A DNA stretch of 59,222 nt, the filler included, from Fonticula-like sp. SCN 57-25 (Eukaryota): assembly GCA_001724245.1 (NCBI GenBank). It is 10 parts of 10 records of this genome, joined end to end, with 100 filler letters (N's around TTAATTAATTAA, not from the genome) between each part and the next. Parts side by side here need not be neighbours in the genome. Positions count along the whole stretch, not along the records: positions 27,828 to 37,317 come from MEDX01000722.1; positions 37,418 to 42,825 come from MEDX01000723.1; positions 42,926 to 48,332 come from MEDX01000724.1; 7 more parts are not named here. One strand, given 5' to 3'. Below are positions 36,055-48,432 of this stretch, piece after piece. The notes under the pieces are model-generated. The model searched no databases and was not told where the DNA came from. It saw only the letters and a program-made list of their open reading frames with translations. The translations under genes were made by a program, and so were the position numbers. Positions within the stretch are counted from its first letter, which is position 1. Every line of letters begins with the position of its first letter.

Positions 36055-36184
36055 CACCCGAAAATTCCCGCCGCCCACAACGCGGGAAAAGGCAATGCGG
36101 GTATGCTGACTCATCATTGCGGTGTGGTGTGATTGGCTGGCTCGTGTTTGTGTTGCCGTCATCTTTCAGGGTCGGGGCATCATC

Positions 36185-37317
36185 ATGGAGGGTGCGACGC
36201 GGGGGAAAGAGGCTTAACAACGGCTGAAATACTGATCGTGTGGTAGAGCGTGTTGGTAACACGGCGCTGCTTTGGCTATTTAACCTTCGCCCCAGCAATG
36301 GCGCACAGATCCATGTCAAGTGCGAACATCTCAACCCGTCGGGATCCATCAAGGATCGCCTGGTAGCTGAGCTGCTCCCCGCCCTCTGTACGCGAGCGCA
36401 CCCTGAATGCGCCGCCTCTCACATGTGTGTGCGAAGCGCAATGCACGCCGTCGTCTTTTCTTGTGATTTCCCAGTTTGGAGCGCTCGCCCTTTCGCTTGC
36501 CATGCTCACTCGCCGCCTCTCTGTGCCGCTGACGGCCGTGGTGTCGCCCGCCTGCTCCTCCTCTGTCGCCGCATCGCTTCGCTCGTTGGGCGTCTCGGTT
36601 GTGCGCGCTCCTTCCGCCGCCCTCCTCTCCTCGTTTGCGCGCGCACTTCCCGCCGCGGCGACCGCCTTTGTCATTGACGAGGCCAACCTCGACAAACCCC
36701 CCGTGTTCCCGAGCAGGGTCGCGCGCGAGATCACCTACGCGGCTGGCCACGTGGACGTGCTTGTTGCCCCCGTCGAGACCGGCATGACGCTCGACCTTAT
36801 CGGTGCGACTATCAACGCGGAGCAGCCGCGCGGCCCCGCGCGCGTCATCGGCGTCCTATCTCCCCTGACGGCGCACCTCGACACCGAGCAGGTCCGCCGC
36901 GGGACAATCGGCCACGTGGAGCGCGTGCGCGACGCCGCCTACGAGATGGCGCAGCGGCTCTGGCGGGAGGAAGGCCTCCTCGTCGGCCTCGGTGCCGCAG
37001 CAGCCTTCCACGTGGCCTATAAATTGGCCGAGACGATGGACAAGTCGCAGTCGGTCGTGGTCATTCTGACGGAAGACGCGCGGCTTCAAGCTTCGACGCT
37101 CCTAAAGTGCGCTGTGCATATTTAACCACGTGGGCTCACTGATGTGTAGCCCCGCGTGGATGAACGCTCACGTGGCCAGCGGCGGTCGCGCGCACGGCGG
37201 CGCAACGGTGGCGGACCTGCGCGTGCCGCACTGCGAAGTGCTGACTGCGCAATCGCTCGTGCGCGACGCCCGCGCCGCCCTCGACGCGGCCGCCGTCGCG
37301 GTGGTGCCAGGTACGAC
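36185..37317 (+). CDS. Divergent cystathionine beta-synthase-like protein (PALP fold plus start of CBS domain; 3' truncated)
   Basis: VGNTALL, KCEHLNPSGSIKDR, AQRLWREEGLLVG, VVVILTE. Intron about 37108-37149 joins to ...NPAWMNAH...TVADLR, like the CBS linker and regulatory domain. Confidence 0.7.
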
Positions 37318-39349
37318 NNNNNNNNNNNNNNNNNNNNNNNNNNNNNNNNNNNNNNNNNNNNTTAATTAATTAANNNNNNNNNNNNNNNNNNNNNNNNNNN
37401 NNNNNNNNNNNNNNNNNGATCGTCAAAGCTCGGCCATAAAAGTTGATTTCGACTTGATCTCAGTCGTTCGGTTTCATCTCGCCAGCAGAACAGTATCGTT
37501 GACGCTGCTTCTCACAGGCCGACGGGATGTCACATCGTAAATAGCACCAGTACGTGTCTCGTGCCACTGGTTGCCGTGCATTTTGGGTTTCACTGCACGC
37601 ATGCCCGAGCAGGCGGAAAAGTAACCAAAGCGACTGACTGCGTCGTCGCGCGGCAGACCCGCGATGCCAACGGAGATGGTACTAGTAGCACAGATGTCAA
37701 CTCGCCTGCCACCATGACAAAAGAAAGTTCGACTCCACTGCGTCGTCCACCTTGAATTGTAGACACAGACGCTGACGAGCGTTCTCTCTCAGCAGCCGGC
37801 TCGCAAAGAAAAGACCGTGACCATACTATCCAAATCACCGAGAACGCGCTCAAGTCCGCGAGCCAGCGCCCGCAGCCACAGCGTTGCCGCGTCGTCATCA
37901 AATGCCTCAAGGCGATACGTCATGCAAATCATATATAGTACTTACTTGGACGGCGCCATCTTGCCGGCGTCGGAGAAAAAAAGAAAAACAGAAGAGAAAA
38001 AAAAATGTTCAAACCATCACTTACGGAATGGTCCCGTGCCGAGCGACCAGGCGTCCGGCTTGCTAATGACCGGAGTGTTCGCCTTATCGCCAGGATACCT
38101 TGCCTCCAGAGCCAAACAGAGATTCGCGCCTTACGCGTACTTCAAAACACCTTGCTGCATAACCGAAAAGACCGTCGGCCGCGCCCGCCGCTGTTCTCGG
38201 CACGCTTGCGTCTCGTCGACCGCACGTATCCCACAAACGACCGACCTCACATCTCGACCTCACTGTCAATGCCGAGCCTGCTTGCTTCGCAAAGCCGCTC
38301 CGCCGCAGTCCAATGTCGTGAATTGTCTGGGCGCCCGCTCGACTCGACGAGCACTGTGTGCACGCTCGTGTTTACCGCCTCCGTGAGTATCGAACACGGG
38401 CTCCTTGCGTCACCAGTAGCCCAACAGGTGTTCTCGGTCTCATGCGATAGTGTTCGTCCGTGCTCCACTCGGACTCCTGCTCACTGCCATGGCATCGTCA
38501 AGTAAACTCGTTCTTGATGAAAACCGAGGCACTCGGGTGAACGACTTGAATACCCACTGGCATAGGCAGCAAGTGTCGAAGCATTGGGTCACTTGAGACT
38601 TGAACAGCCGACAACGACCTGATTTTCGCCTCATCGCGGTGCGCACACACAGACCAGAAGAAAAAAAAAATATTGCGGCTTACCGTGAAAGTCCACCTGT
38701 TGCAACTAGGGCAGCCGAATAGCCACACTCTGTCACAGGCACCAGGCTCTTTCGCAGACAGACTTGAGCTGAAACGCCCTCCACCGTAACATTTGTTGGT
38801 GTGCGGCGGCCGCTACGACTTGCAACAGATCCTGGCGTTTGCGGACCGCGCTCATCACCTTAGCCACTTGGTGCTCGACTCGGACAAGCTCGTCCCACTT
38901 CGCCGATTGCGGCGAGACACATCGTTGCGCTACGCTGACTCCGAACGTGTCGGCCGCCGATCTTGCTGATATCCGGCGCCTGACATCCGCATTCTCTCAA
39001 CTTGAACGCATCCAGTCGCCACGCTTGTCCAGTGTCTCAATGCACCCAGCCGTCATGAAGATTTCGCTCCTGAGAGCCATCGCTCAACAGCGCGCTCCTC
39101 AGCAGCCTCGTCAAAACAGAGCCGCGGGTTGCTTGCCATAGCAGAAATGCCGTAACAGACAGATCGTTCCCTCGTGACGGGTCCTCGTGACAGGTCAGTA
39201 TTCGATCACCGACCGTCCGCTGTTGTCTCAGTGTTGAGTGCCGCATCGATCGCTGACTCGCTGGCTCCCAGGGTAACATTGACGTGCAGCTCGGACTCCG
39301 CCACGACTTGGGAGAGCACCACACCGCCTCAAACAGCAAACGTCACAAC

Positions 39350-39572
39350 AGTAAGAGGTTCATTCCAGGGTTCCCCAGCGCCCTCAGATCACCGTAAGCG
39401 AATTTCGCATTGGCATCAGCGCTCAAACCACGGCCCACTCAACCTCACCCAGAAACGTCATAACGGTACTAGTAAGAGGTTCATTCCAGGGTTTACTGGC
39501 ACCAGCGCCTTCCAGTCACCGCAAGCCACTCTTCTCGCTTCGGCACCCGCGCTCAAACCACGGCCCGCTCGA
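39350..39572. repeat. Diverged ~120-bp direct duplication
   Basis: AGTAAGAGGTTCATTCCAGGGTT at 39350 and 39471; GCGCTCAAACCACGGCCC in both copies. Confidence 0.75.
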
Positions 39573-40448
39573 TCCTCGACGCGGCGCTACCCGCCCGATC
39601 GAGCCCACTGCCGTCACATCCGCGGCCCTTCCGGCATGACTGCACAGCGCTACCCGTGCAGCCATGTCCAGCCTGCGACAATCTGCCACCCATGGACATG
39701 AACATTACCCAAGTTACCCTGCCACGCAAGTGCCACTGCCAGGCCTCACTGCGCGCGCCAACCAACCGTTGGCAAACATCAACCGAACCGTGCTCGAGGT
39801 GTAACCGACCATCAAGAGCAGGCCAGCCGCCCAGCGGCTAACTTGAAGAGAAAAACAACACGCGACCCAGACGCTACCGCCATGTCTGCCAAGGAAACCA
39901 AAACAAAAACAACAACACCGAAAACAGCACCCAGGCCGCACAAAACAGTGTCCACAGTGCGGGACAGGCGAGTGTGCCTGCGCCAAAAAGTTCACGCAGG
40001 CGACGCCAATGTAACGTTGCCCTAGAGACCCCGCCCGATCCCGCAGAACATGGTGCACAGGGAAAGGAAAGACCTTGTTCCAGGAAGGACACGAGAGTGC
40101 TTTTGAGCCCTCTGCGCCAGAGAGGACTGCAAACTGGTACACTTTGCACGATGGCCGTGGGCCGCGCCCCAGAGCACGAGGAGCTACAAAAGGCCATCAT
40201 TACACTACCCCCTCCTCGAGAAAAGACATATCCTCGGGCGCCGTTGCGCCGAACCCTCCTTGAGCGATACTTCCTGCTGCCAACTGGCTCCAAACAAGGG
40301 TGGGTGTCCTCACGTCCTTGTAAACGACTGTGGAAGCTTGCAAAAACGACGTCGTCCTTCGAAACCAGTCCGAGACGGCAAGCATGACAACTCACACGGC
40401 AATATGCTGAAAGATCACGCTTGATGCATCCTTTGCACACCGGTGCGC

Positions 40449-40736
40449 TCAACCCAGAGCGATTCTCCGTCGTATGCGTTCGACCCAGGGCGATTCTCAG
40501 TCGTATGCGTTCAACCGCAAGCAGGTCGCAGACAAGTCTCGGACACATGCGTTCAAGAAAACAAAGCAAAATTTCAGCAGTCGTCAACTGCTTGCAATAG
40601 CTCAAAGACCAAACCTTGTCAGAGAAGTATCGTCGCTGGTAACTGCTCGCAATAGACCAAAACCATGTCAGTGAAGTATTGTCGCTGGTAAACTCACTTG
40701 CAGCAACGCCTCGCTGGTAAACTCACTTGCAGCAAC
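40449..40736. repeat. Cluster of short tandem duplications (31-bp pair; TCGCTGGTAA-containing units)
   Basis: GCGATTCTCMGTCGTATGCGTTC x2; TCGCTGGTAAACTCACTTGCAGCAAC x2; AGACCAAA...TGTCAG.GAAGTAT.GTCGCTGGTAA x2. Confidence 0.75.
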
Positions 40737-42925
40737 ACCACCCCCTCCTTCTTCCCGGGCCATAGCTATCAGCTATCAACTTGAAACGCAATGCTCCTCT
40801 TGCCGCACAACACTATTGCTACGTGCGCCTGCAACCTTGGTAGCACAGGGAAGCAGTGACGTAGTCGTCCTTGCGATCTCGCGCGCAGCCGAGCTCGTAG
40901 AAAGGGCGACCCGTGCCTGTACTCGTAATGAAAAAGTGCCGCCAAGACGATCACGCCGCACTCGCAGAGCCTCGCTCATAAAATATCAGCAAATCCGAAA
41001 CCACGTTAAAAAGGGAGCCTTGCCAAAAAGGAACCCGTTCGACGTCGAGGGTAGGTGCCGACCACTAGAAACAAAACAAAACTTCAAAAGAGTCCAACTT
41101 GCTCGTTGCTCTCACCATAGGAGATATCGATATCGACTCGTCCACTTGACCGAAACACTGAAAATACTCCAATAATGACGTACTTGACTGAAAAACATCA
41201 AAACCAGAACCACTCAGGGTGGTCGAACGCTCATTCGACCCAAACGGACGACGCGCATAACCGTAAAGAGAAATTTTCCACACGCGCGCGTATTCTCGGT
41301 TGGTTGCCACAACGTCCCTCGTCGAATGCCAGATGTAAAGCGTTATGTCGGTGACAGTCATCGCACACGCAGAACCCGTTGGCATCTTTGGGGGAAAAAA
41401 CAAAATAAAATAAAATAAAAGCGATCATCGCGCTTCGGTGCATGAAGCCGTTCCAATCATCCTCGTCATCAGTGTACCGGTACTGCTGTTCCTTGCGAGC
41501 GCTAGACGAAGGTGCAGCAAAAGACTCGATAGGACCGCTTGCTCGACACCTTGAAGCCAGTCTGCTGTTGTCCGTCGCTCACTGGCAGTTGACCGACTTG
41601 AACACGCAAGTGTATAATTGCCGCTGAGACACTCCCTCAGGCTGGTCTCGAGCTCGGCGAGATACCAGAACAGCCGCCGCTTCTAGGCTTGTACGTCCAG
41701 AAACCCGGCTTGAAGCGGTTTGCGCAACCGCAACATGTGGGGCCGCGCTCGCCGGTAGTATCACCGCTCGTCGACTCGCTGATAGACAGAACACTCGACC
41801 ACATTCTGAAGCGCCGCTTGCTGAGGCGTTCCTTGACCGCTTTCCCGGCGAGCATGTGAGAAAACAAACAAACGACTAGTCCGCCAACCACTACAGCCGT
41901 GCTCGATCGACAAAGACAACAGATCGCCTTGCGAGCGCCTGTACGAAGAACGGTACGGCCGCCAACAGCGTCGGGCCTTATCGAGTCCACCACCGACAGA
42001 ATGCGCGCGACAACTTCAAGTTGCGAAACAGGTGTTTTCCAAACCTTGCGGGTGTGCCACCCATGCGTCACCTGGTAGTCGTCATCAACAGCAGCGTGAC
42101 CGCCGCCGTCCATACATCGACGTCCATGCGAAATCGCAACAGAAATGACCGGACGACAACCAACCTGACAATTGAAATCGAAAACACCGTCAAGACAGAC
42201 GCGTTGGCAGGCGGCCTTGCGCTCGACAGACCGTTTCGCTTCCAATGGCTGATGGAAGAAATATAGCAAAAGGCTAACTTCTCAGGCCCTGTGGCCCACC
42301 GGCACACGGGACTCCTCACTGGGACAGTAGTACGGTATCATCGGCATTCGATATCGGCTTGGTCAGCCCACCTTACGGAATGATGCAACGGCGATCCATG
42401 TCACAGCAGACGATAATACGAGACAATGAAGATATGCATCTCCTTGTGTCCAGCTGGCGTCGACCGCTCTCACACTTGAACGACCACCCAAGCGGCACGT
42501 CCTATCGATCTCAACTCGTCAACGCTTGGCCAATGCTCACACGACCCCATTAATCCAACGGCAATTCGCTCGAAAACAAAAAAAAATCCGCTCCGTTCGA
42601 GTGAGCCACGGCGAATCGGCTGAAGGAGAACGACGCCCTTGACCAGCTTCTTCAAAGACCAACTCGAAAATGAACGGAAGGTCAGCAACAGCACCTCCAC
42701 TTCCTTTGTGTCCGCCTGACAACAAGCTCTTGCGTGGATGATCTCTACCCGGCGCCTTCGGCCACTGCGTGCTCCGATATGGTCGTTCTCGACGCGTGCG
42801 CTTTGGTCTCGGATCGTCAAAGCTCNNNNNNNNNNNNNNNNNNNNNNNNNNNNNNNNNNNNNNNNNNNNTTAATTAATTAANNNNNNNNNNNNNNNNNNN
42901 NNNNNNNNNNNNNNNNNNNNNNNNN

Positions 42926-43242
42926 ACAAAGTAGGCGGTCCCGCGATGCTCGCATACAGTATACGACCGCAGTCCAATAACCGCACCTCGCAAATGATCT
43001 ACCTTTTTCGTAGGCTGATCCCGAGCAAACTGCTCGAGCGCACTACTCGTCAAGCACACAGTCACGTTGTGCTTGCAGTCAGCTAAAAGTGCAATCATGC
43101 CTCCACCCGAGTTGGGGCTGGGATGAAGAAGGATCTCACAAACTAACCCAACAGGGTTGGCCTTTGGACGCTCCGCTACGGTGCTGCTCAGTCGGTTTCC
43201 CAACGTCATCACCGCCGAATGCACCCATGGCTTGAGCTGCAT
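42926..43242 (-). CDS. TPP1/ACD/Est3-like telomeric OB-fold protein (3' truncated)
   Basis: MQLKPWVHSAV...ALLADCKHNVTVCLTSSALEQF...LRGAVIGL matches the TPP1/Est3 pattern L(R/K)PWI...LL.D..H...L...A...F...G.++.+. Confidence 0.65.
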
Positions 43243-43422
43243 TGCGGTGGCGCGGCGGTGCGCGATGTGGTGTTTCGCGCCAAAAATGGGCACAATTTGC
43301 AAACTTGAAATCGACCAATCAAAAGGATGAATGAAGTGTCCCTTTTTTTTCAGGTTTCCCGCCGTGAGTGCGCGTACGAGGGGCGTGAGAGGGACTCTTT
43401 GCGAGCTCCATTCCCGGCAATC

Positions 43423-46400
43423 ATGGCGTCTGCCGAGGTGCCGCCTTCCTCGGTGGGAACAGATGATGGGCGAAAAAGACCATTTTCTACAATTTGGGGC
43501 GAGTTTATGTCTAATCGCGATCGGGGCCTCTCAGGCATCCTCGAGTTTCTCCAGGACCTGCCACCTCCTGATCAACGCAAGTATCTGATGGCGCACAAGG
43601 CCGATCTTCCCCAGCTGGCGACGACGATTGCCGCCAAGCTTGATATTGAGTTTAGCCGTATCGCGCAGAGTACTGCGTCGGTCAATACGCCGGATATTGA
43701 CAGTGTGCTCAAGCCGTTCGCGCCTCATCTCCGCACCATCTACGCGATCATGGAGGTTGATGCCGGCCCTGATTTTGCCGTGGTCGACGACAAGATTGCA
43801 CCTCCGGCCGGCACATACGTTTGCCTAGATGCGCTTGCCGAGCGGCATCTTCCGACCACGTTGCTGGCTCTTTTGCGAGACTGGGCGCTGTTCATCACGG
43901 AAGTGCACGACACGCTCGCCCTCTTGCTAGACATCTTTTTTGGATTGACACGCACCCCGCTCACGGTGCGAGATCTCGTGACGTCATCAATATTGCAGTA
44001 CATGGCCGACATTATTCGCGCTGGCTTGAAACAAAAGACATCGCCGTTCGTGCAACGGTATGTCGCCCATTGTTTTGATTTTGGTTTGCTTACACCCACG
44101 TTTCCTTCAGTGCCATTGCCATTTTTACATCATTGACGCGCGTGCCACCTGTGAATTTTAAAGACGCGGCACAGCTGCTCAGGAATGCGCAGACGATAAA
44201 GCACCTTCTTTTGATGCACCAGCTCATCGTGGCGACGGAGCAGTGGGAGCACCATTCCCCGCTGTTCAGGCTTGCCGGCCACCTCGTTCAGATATCCGGC
44301 GCGACCGACGTCAATGTGATCGACGAATTGCAACAGCGAGACGCTTTTAGGGAGATTACTGATTTCCTGATTTCGCCATCGGCTGCCGACATCAACGTCA
44401 AGCTGGAGGCGGCGGATACGCTGGGCGTTTTTGCGTGCTCAGGGCCCACAATGCAAGAGATTATCGTGCCGAAATTCTCGCAGTATTCCAAGCGAGTATA
44501 CGACGGTATTGCGCTCACGATGCCGGTCGTCGATCAGGTGAACGTTGTGCGGAACCTCATCATCCCAAAGCTGCTCGTCCGCGTCTACGCTGAAACCGTG
44601 GACCCTCCTGTCAAGCTCCAGATTGCGCGTCTCTTTTCCAATTTGATTCAGAGCAATATTCGCAATTATTTTGCTCTCTGCGGCATCTCAATGTTTGCTC
44701 TTTTAATACGCGGGTTTGCGCACCACGAGCCGGCGCTCCAAGAGCTGCTCATGACAACGCTCACCTACGTCGCGCTGCCGTTCCGCTACATGCCGTTTGG
44801 TGAGCTGGAGGTGTTTGCGGAGGAATTGCGCAGAGGAGTCGACGACAAGCTCAGCCGTTTTGCGCGCAAGTTGATATACGACACGTTGGTCAAGATCGCC
44901 GAGCTTGACGACATGTCGACCGACGAGGCGCCCAAGCGAACTCTTTATAATGTGGGTATTTTGCCCGCCGTGCTTCACTACCTGCGCGCTTTGACGCAGC
45001 AGCTGAACCCGCTGCCGTCGTATGACGCCGCCATCCCCGAGTTTGATCTTTCTCTATCAAGGCTCTCGGAGGAGGCGCAGGAGATGTTTGGGTCTTACAA
45101 CGATTCGATGCACTTTATCATCCAGATTCTAGACGCCTGCCCCGAGAATCAGCAGGCTTTGCGCTTAGTTGGTTCCTCCGATCCATCTGCTGTGTACGCA
45201 AACCAGCAGCAGCAAGACATGCGGTTCAACATGCACGACTTTCTCTTCTTTGCCGAGACGCGCGCCTCGTGCCTTCGCCTCCTCCGCCTGCTCATCACCC
45301 AGGACGTTCGCCAGCATCATCGCGACCTAAAGTCGCTCATTGCGACGCTGCTGTCGGCGCCCAAAGCAATGATCCTGATGAAGCGCGACATGGTGACCAT
45401 GCTCCGCGGGTGCTTGCGCGAGCTGCGCGAAAGTAAGCGCGTGTTTGCGGAGGAGTCGGGTGTTAGTGCCCTGTCGGCCATGCTTTGGACGTTGGAGGGC
45501 TTTTTCACGCGCGAGTCTCAACAGGCAATCGAGGAGGTCGGCCTGCCTCTCGTTGGGGCTGTCATCAGTACAATGATTGATTTTTTGACCAACAACCCCG
45601 AAGCGATTGCGGATGCGCTTGCCGAGGACATGTTTGGCGATGTTGCGCACGCAGTGCAGGGGACCGCAGCGCTGGAGAGCGACTTTGCGGTGGACCACAT
45701 CATTGATCTTTTCGTGCGCGTGATAGCGCTGGACACGGAGAGTTTGCCGAAAATCCTGGGCGCCGTCACGGACGATTTCAGCGTGCTCGAATTTGCGAAA
45801 GCGTCTGCTCTGGCGGGTGAGGAATCGGAAGGCTCGCTACCGGCTCTTCCTCGTCGGCCGGGCGTAACCCGCGACGTGGTTTTCCCGGGTGCCGCGCTGC
45901 CGCTCTTTGTGGACGTTTCCAAGGCGTGCCGCTTGCCTGTGCGCGTCAAGCTGCTCCGCGAATTGCTCGATATTGCGCGCCCATCCTTCCGCTCGCAAGT
46001 TGCCCTCGCGCGTGCCGATCTGTCGACAAGACTCATATCTTTGTACCCGGAGGTTCTCTTGACGCCGCTCGACGCATCGCAGACTGCAGCGGAGGCGCTG
46101 GCGACCATGGCCTCAAGCTCGGACGTTGGTGATGAGCACTCGTTGGTTCTTTCGCTACTTCGCCTTGTTTTCCCGCTCAACGTGACGACGAGCGCGACCC
46201 GCGCCCTCTTGCGCGTCCTCTTTAGCCATGACCACGGCGACGTGTTCTACCGCAGTGCGCTCGCAGCCGCTCCCCTCCCGGACCTCCCTTCGGTCGCGGC
46301 GCCAAGCGCGCCCTTCTGCGAGGCTATTCGGCTGCTGCAGGAGGCTGCCGTCCGAAGCCGAGGGCCAAAGTTCATTCGCTTCGACAGTCGTACCCGAGGA

Positions 46401-48332
46401 GGCAATTCGTTGCTCGCGATGCCTGCGGGTGGCCGGACGTGGCCGGGGCAGAGCGGGTATTGCGTCAGCTTTTGGCTCCGCGTTGTTTCCTATGGTGGCG
46501 CCCAGATGGCGCCCCCCGGGCAAGCGGGGATGCGATCGCACGGAACCATTGATCTGCTGACGGTATCCGACGATGGCGAGCGCACTGCTTTGGCAATCCA
46601 GCTCGACTGTGCGACGCAGGTCCTCTCGGTGACGTTTCCGGGCGGTCTGTCGGTTGATTTTGCCGAGATCAAGCTGCGGCCCAACGTGTGGTATCACGTT
46701 CTCATCACGCAGGCGCGACCCGGCAGCACGGCAGCCGCGTCGCTCAAGTCGGCTGGTGCAGTTGCCTTTGGGTCACTTGCCAATGTCGTCGGCGGGGCAT
46801 CGTCGGCCAACGCGGCATCGTCATCGCTGCTCGCATCTAGTGCCAATCAGCATGCAGTTGCATCGTCGTCCGCTCCCTTGCTGGCCTCATCATCGTCGCT
46901 AGCTGCCGCCGCGGCGCACCACCCTGTTACGCTCTTCATTGATGGTGTACCAATCGCCGCGACCGCACAGCCGAGCGCGTCGAACGCGCTGTTCCCTCGG
47001 ATCGTCAGTGACAACGGGAGCTTTCTGTTTGGGTCGACGTTTGCCAAGTCGAACTCGTCTGCCTCAAAGACGGCTGTGTGGGACTTGGGTCCGGCCTTTA
47101 TCTTTTCAGAGTGGATGGATGCCCGTCATGCGCTTCTGTTGTACAACCTCGGCCCGGCGTACGGGGGCAGTCTTCGCGGCACGGTGTCCTCGCAGCTGCC
47201 GCTTGAAATCATCGACAGCACCAACATTTCCGAGGCTCGCGCTCATTCCAACAGCGCAGACCCGGCTTCCTTGTTGCACGTGCTGCTCGCCCCGTCGCTG
47301 AGGATGGACGCGCACGCTTCTGGAGCCCTGATTTCCGTACATCCCCGCAATGTCTTGCTTGGCCCGACGGGCGTCATGCCGACGGACGACCAAGCGCTTG
47401 TCTTTGACACGCAGTGCTCGCAGCTCGTGGGCGTCAGCTCGTTTTCGCCCGAGCGCCTCGCGCACACTTTCCGCGGCGTGATTGTCCCTTCGGTGGGAAT
47501 GTCTCTTTCGGACGCGCTCGCCTGCGTTGATGGTCTTCCCGCGCTGCTGCGTCTCATTGAAACCTCGGACGACACCCCTACGCTCCTTGGATACCTGCAG
47601 CTGCTTGTGCACACGATCAAGTATAGCTGGCGCAACACGGTGGACATGGACCGCATTCATGGCTATGATATTTTGGCGCATATTCTGTCGGCCAAGAAGG
47701 AATTACTGTCTGTCGACATTTTGACGGCGCTTCTTTACTTGGTTGGAAAGACGCCTGACAACCGGACAGACGCGGTCATTTCCAACATCCACGCCTACAG
47801 CAAGCTGATCCTCAACTTTAGCATCTGGAAAGACACGACGATCGCTATCCAGCGCGCACTTATGAATCACTTTGTCCTCTTCATCGACACGAGCGTGCGC
47901 GAGTTCCGTTTCAACCTCACCAGAATCGCCAAGGCCGGTGGTCAATCCATCATGGAGCGCCTTGTCAATATCCTCATCGAGGAGGCGTTTGCGGATGACG
48001 TCTTGGCCGAGGTGATTCGCCGCATCGGGTACTTTTTGCGGGATGACATCTCCATGCTCGACATTGCCTTTGTTGCCCACTACGTCATCACATCGGTTGT
48101 CGCTACCGAGCTGGATGGCGGGAACTTGCTGCACGTGGACTCCATCGTCTCGCCCACCCCTTCCAGCGTGTCGGCCCATTCGCGCGCAAGCGCGTCGCAG
48201 ACGCTCGGCCCGGCTCCGTCGCTTGGGCTGGTCCACTCCTTGTCGCTGCCGTCGGTCACCACAGCAGGCGGGGCCGATAGCAACACGGCTCGGCGCCTCT
48301 CGCTGGCGCTTGCCGAAGGCGAGACGTTGATC
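43423..48332 (+). CDS. Large BEACH-family protein (ALFY/WDFY3/LvsA-like), N-terminal ARM and ConA regions (3' truncated)
   Basis: Intron about 44058-44110; WPGQSGYCVSFWLRV, WYHVLITQ, LFIDG, WDLGPAFIF, YNLGPAYGG, MDRIHGYDILAHIL. The BEACH domain itself is not in the window. Confidence 0.78.
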
Positions 48333-48432
48333 NNNNNNNNNNNNNNNNNNNNNNNNNNNNNNNNNNNNNNNNNNNNTTAATTAATTAANNNNNNNNNNNN
48401 NNNNNNNNNNNNNNNNNNNNNNNNNNNNNNNN

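Larger units (their letters stand above)
37418..42825. other. 5.4-kb contig with identical 14-bp termini (circular or tandem unit); no intact recognisable gene
   Basis: GATCGTCAAAGCTC at 37418-37431 and 42812-42825; only short, motif-less ORFs; + strand A/C-rich by eye. Confidence 0.6.

Noticed and set aside
37130..37317. Separate rhodanese/sulfurtransferase gene after the CBS-like ORF
   Set aside because: An intron at about 37108-37149 joins it in frame to the upstream ORF, matching the CBS linker and regulatory domain.
40200..40385. Kinase Gly-loop-like IAQGGFG in contig 7
   Set aside because: No downstream VAxK, HRD or DFG motifs in the frames I read.
37418..42825. rDNA unit, CRESS virus or retroelement identity for contig 7
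   Set aside because: No conserved rRNA segments, HUH/Walker A Rep motifs or YxDD RT context recognised.
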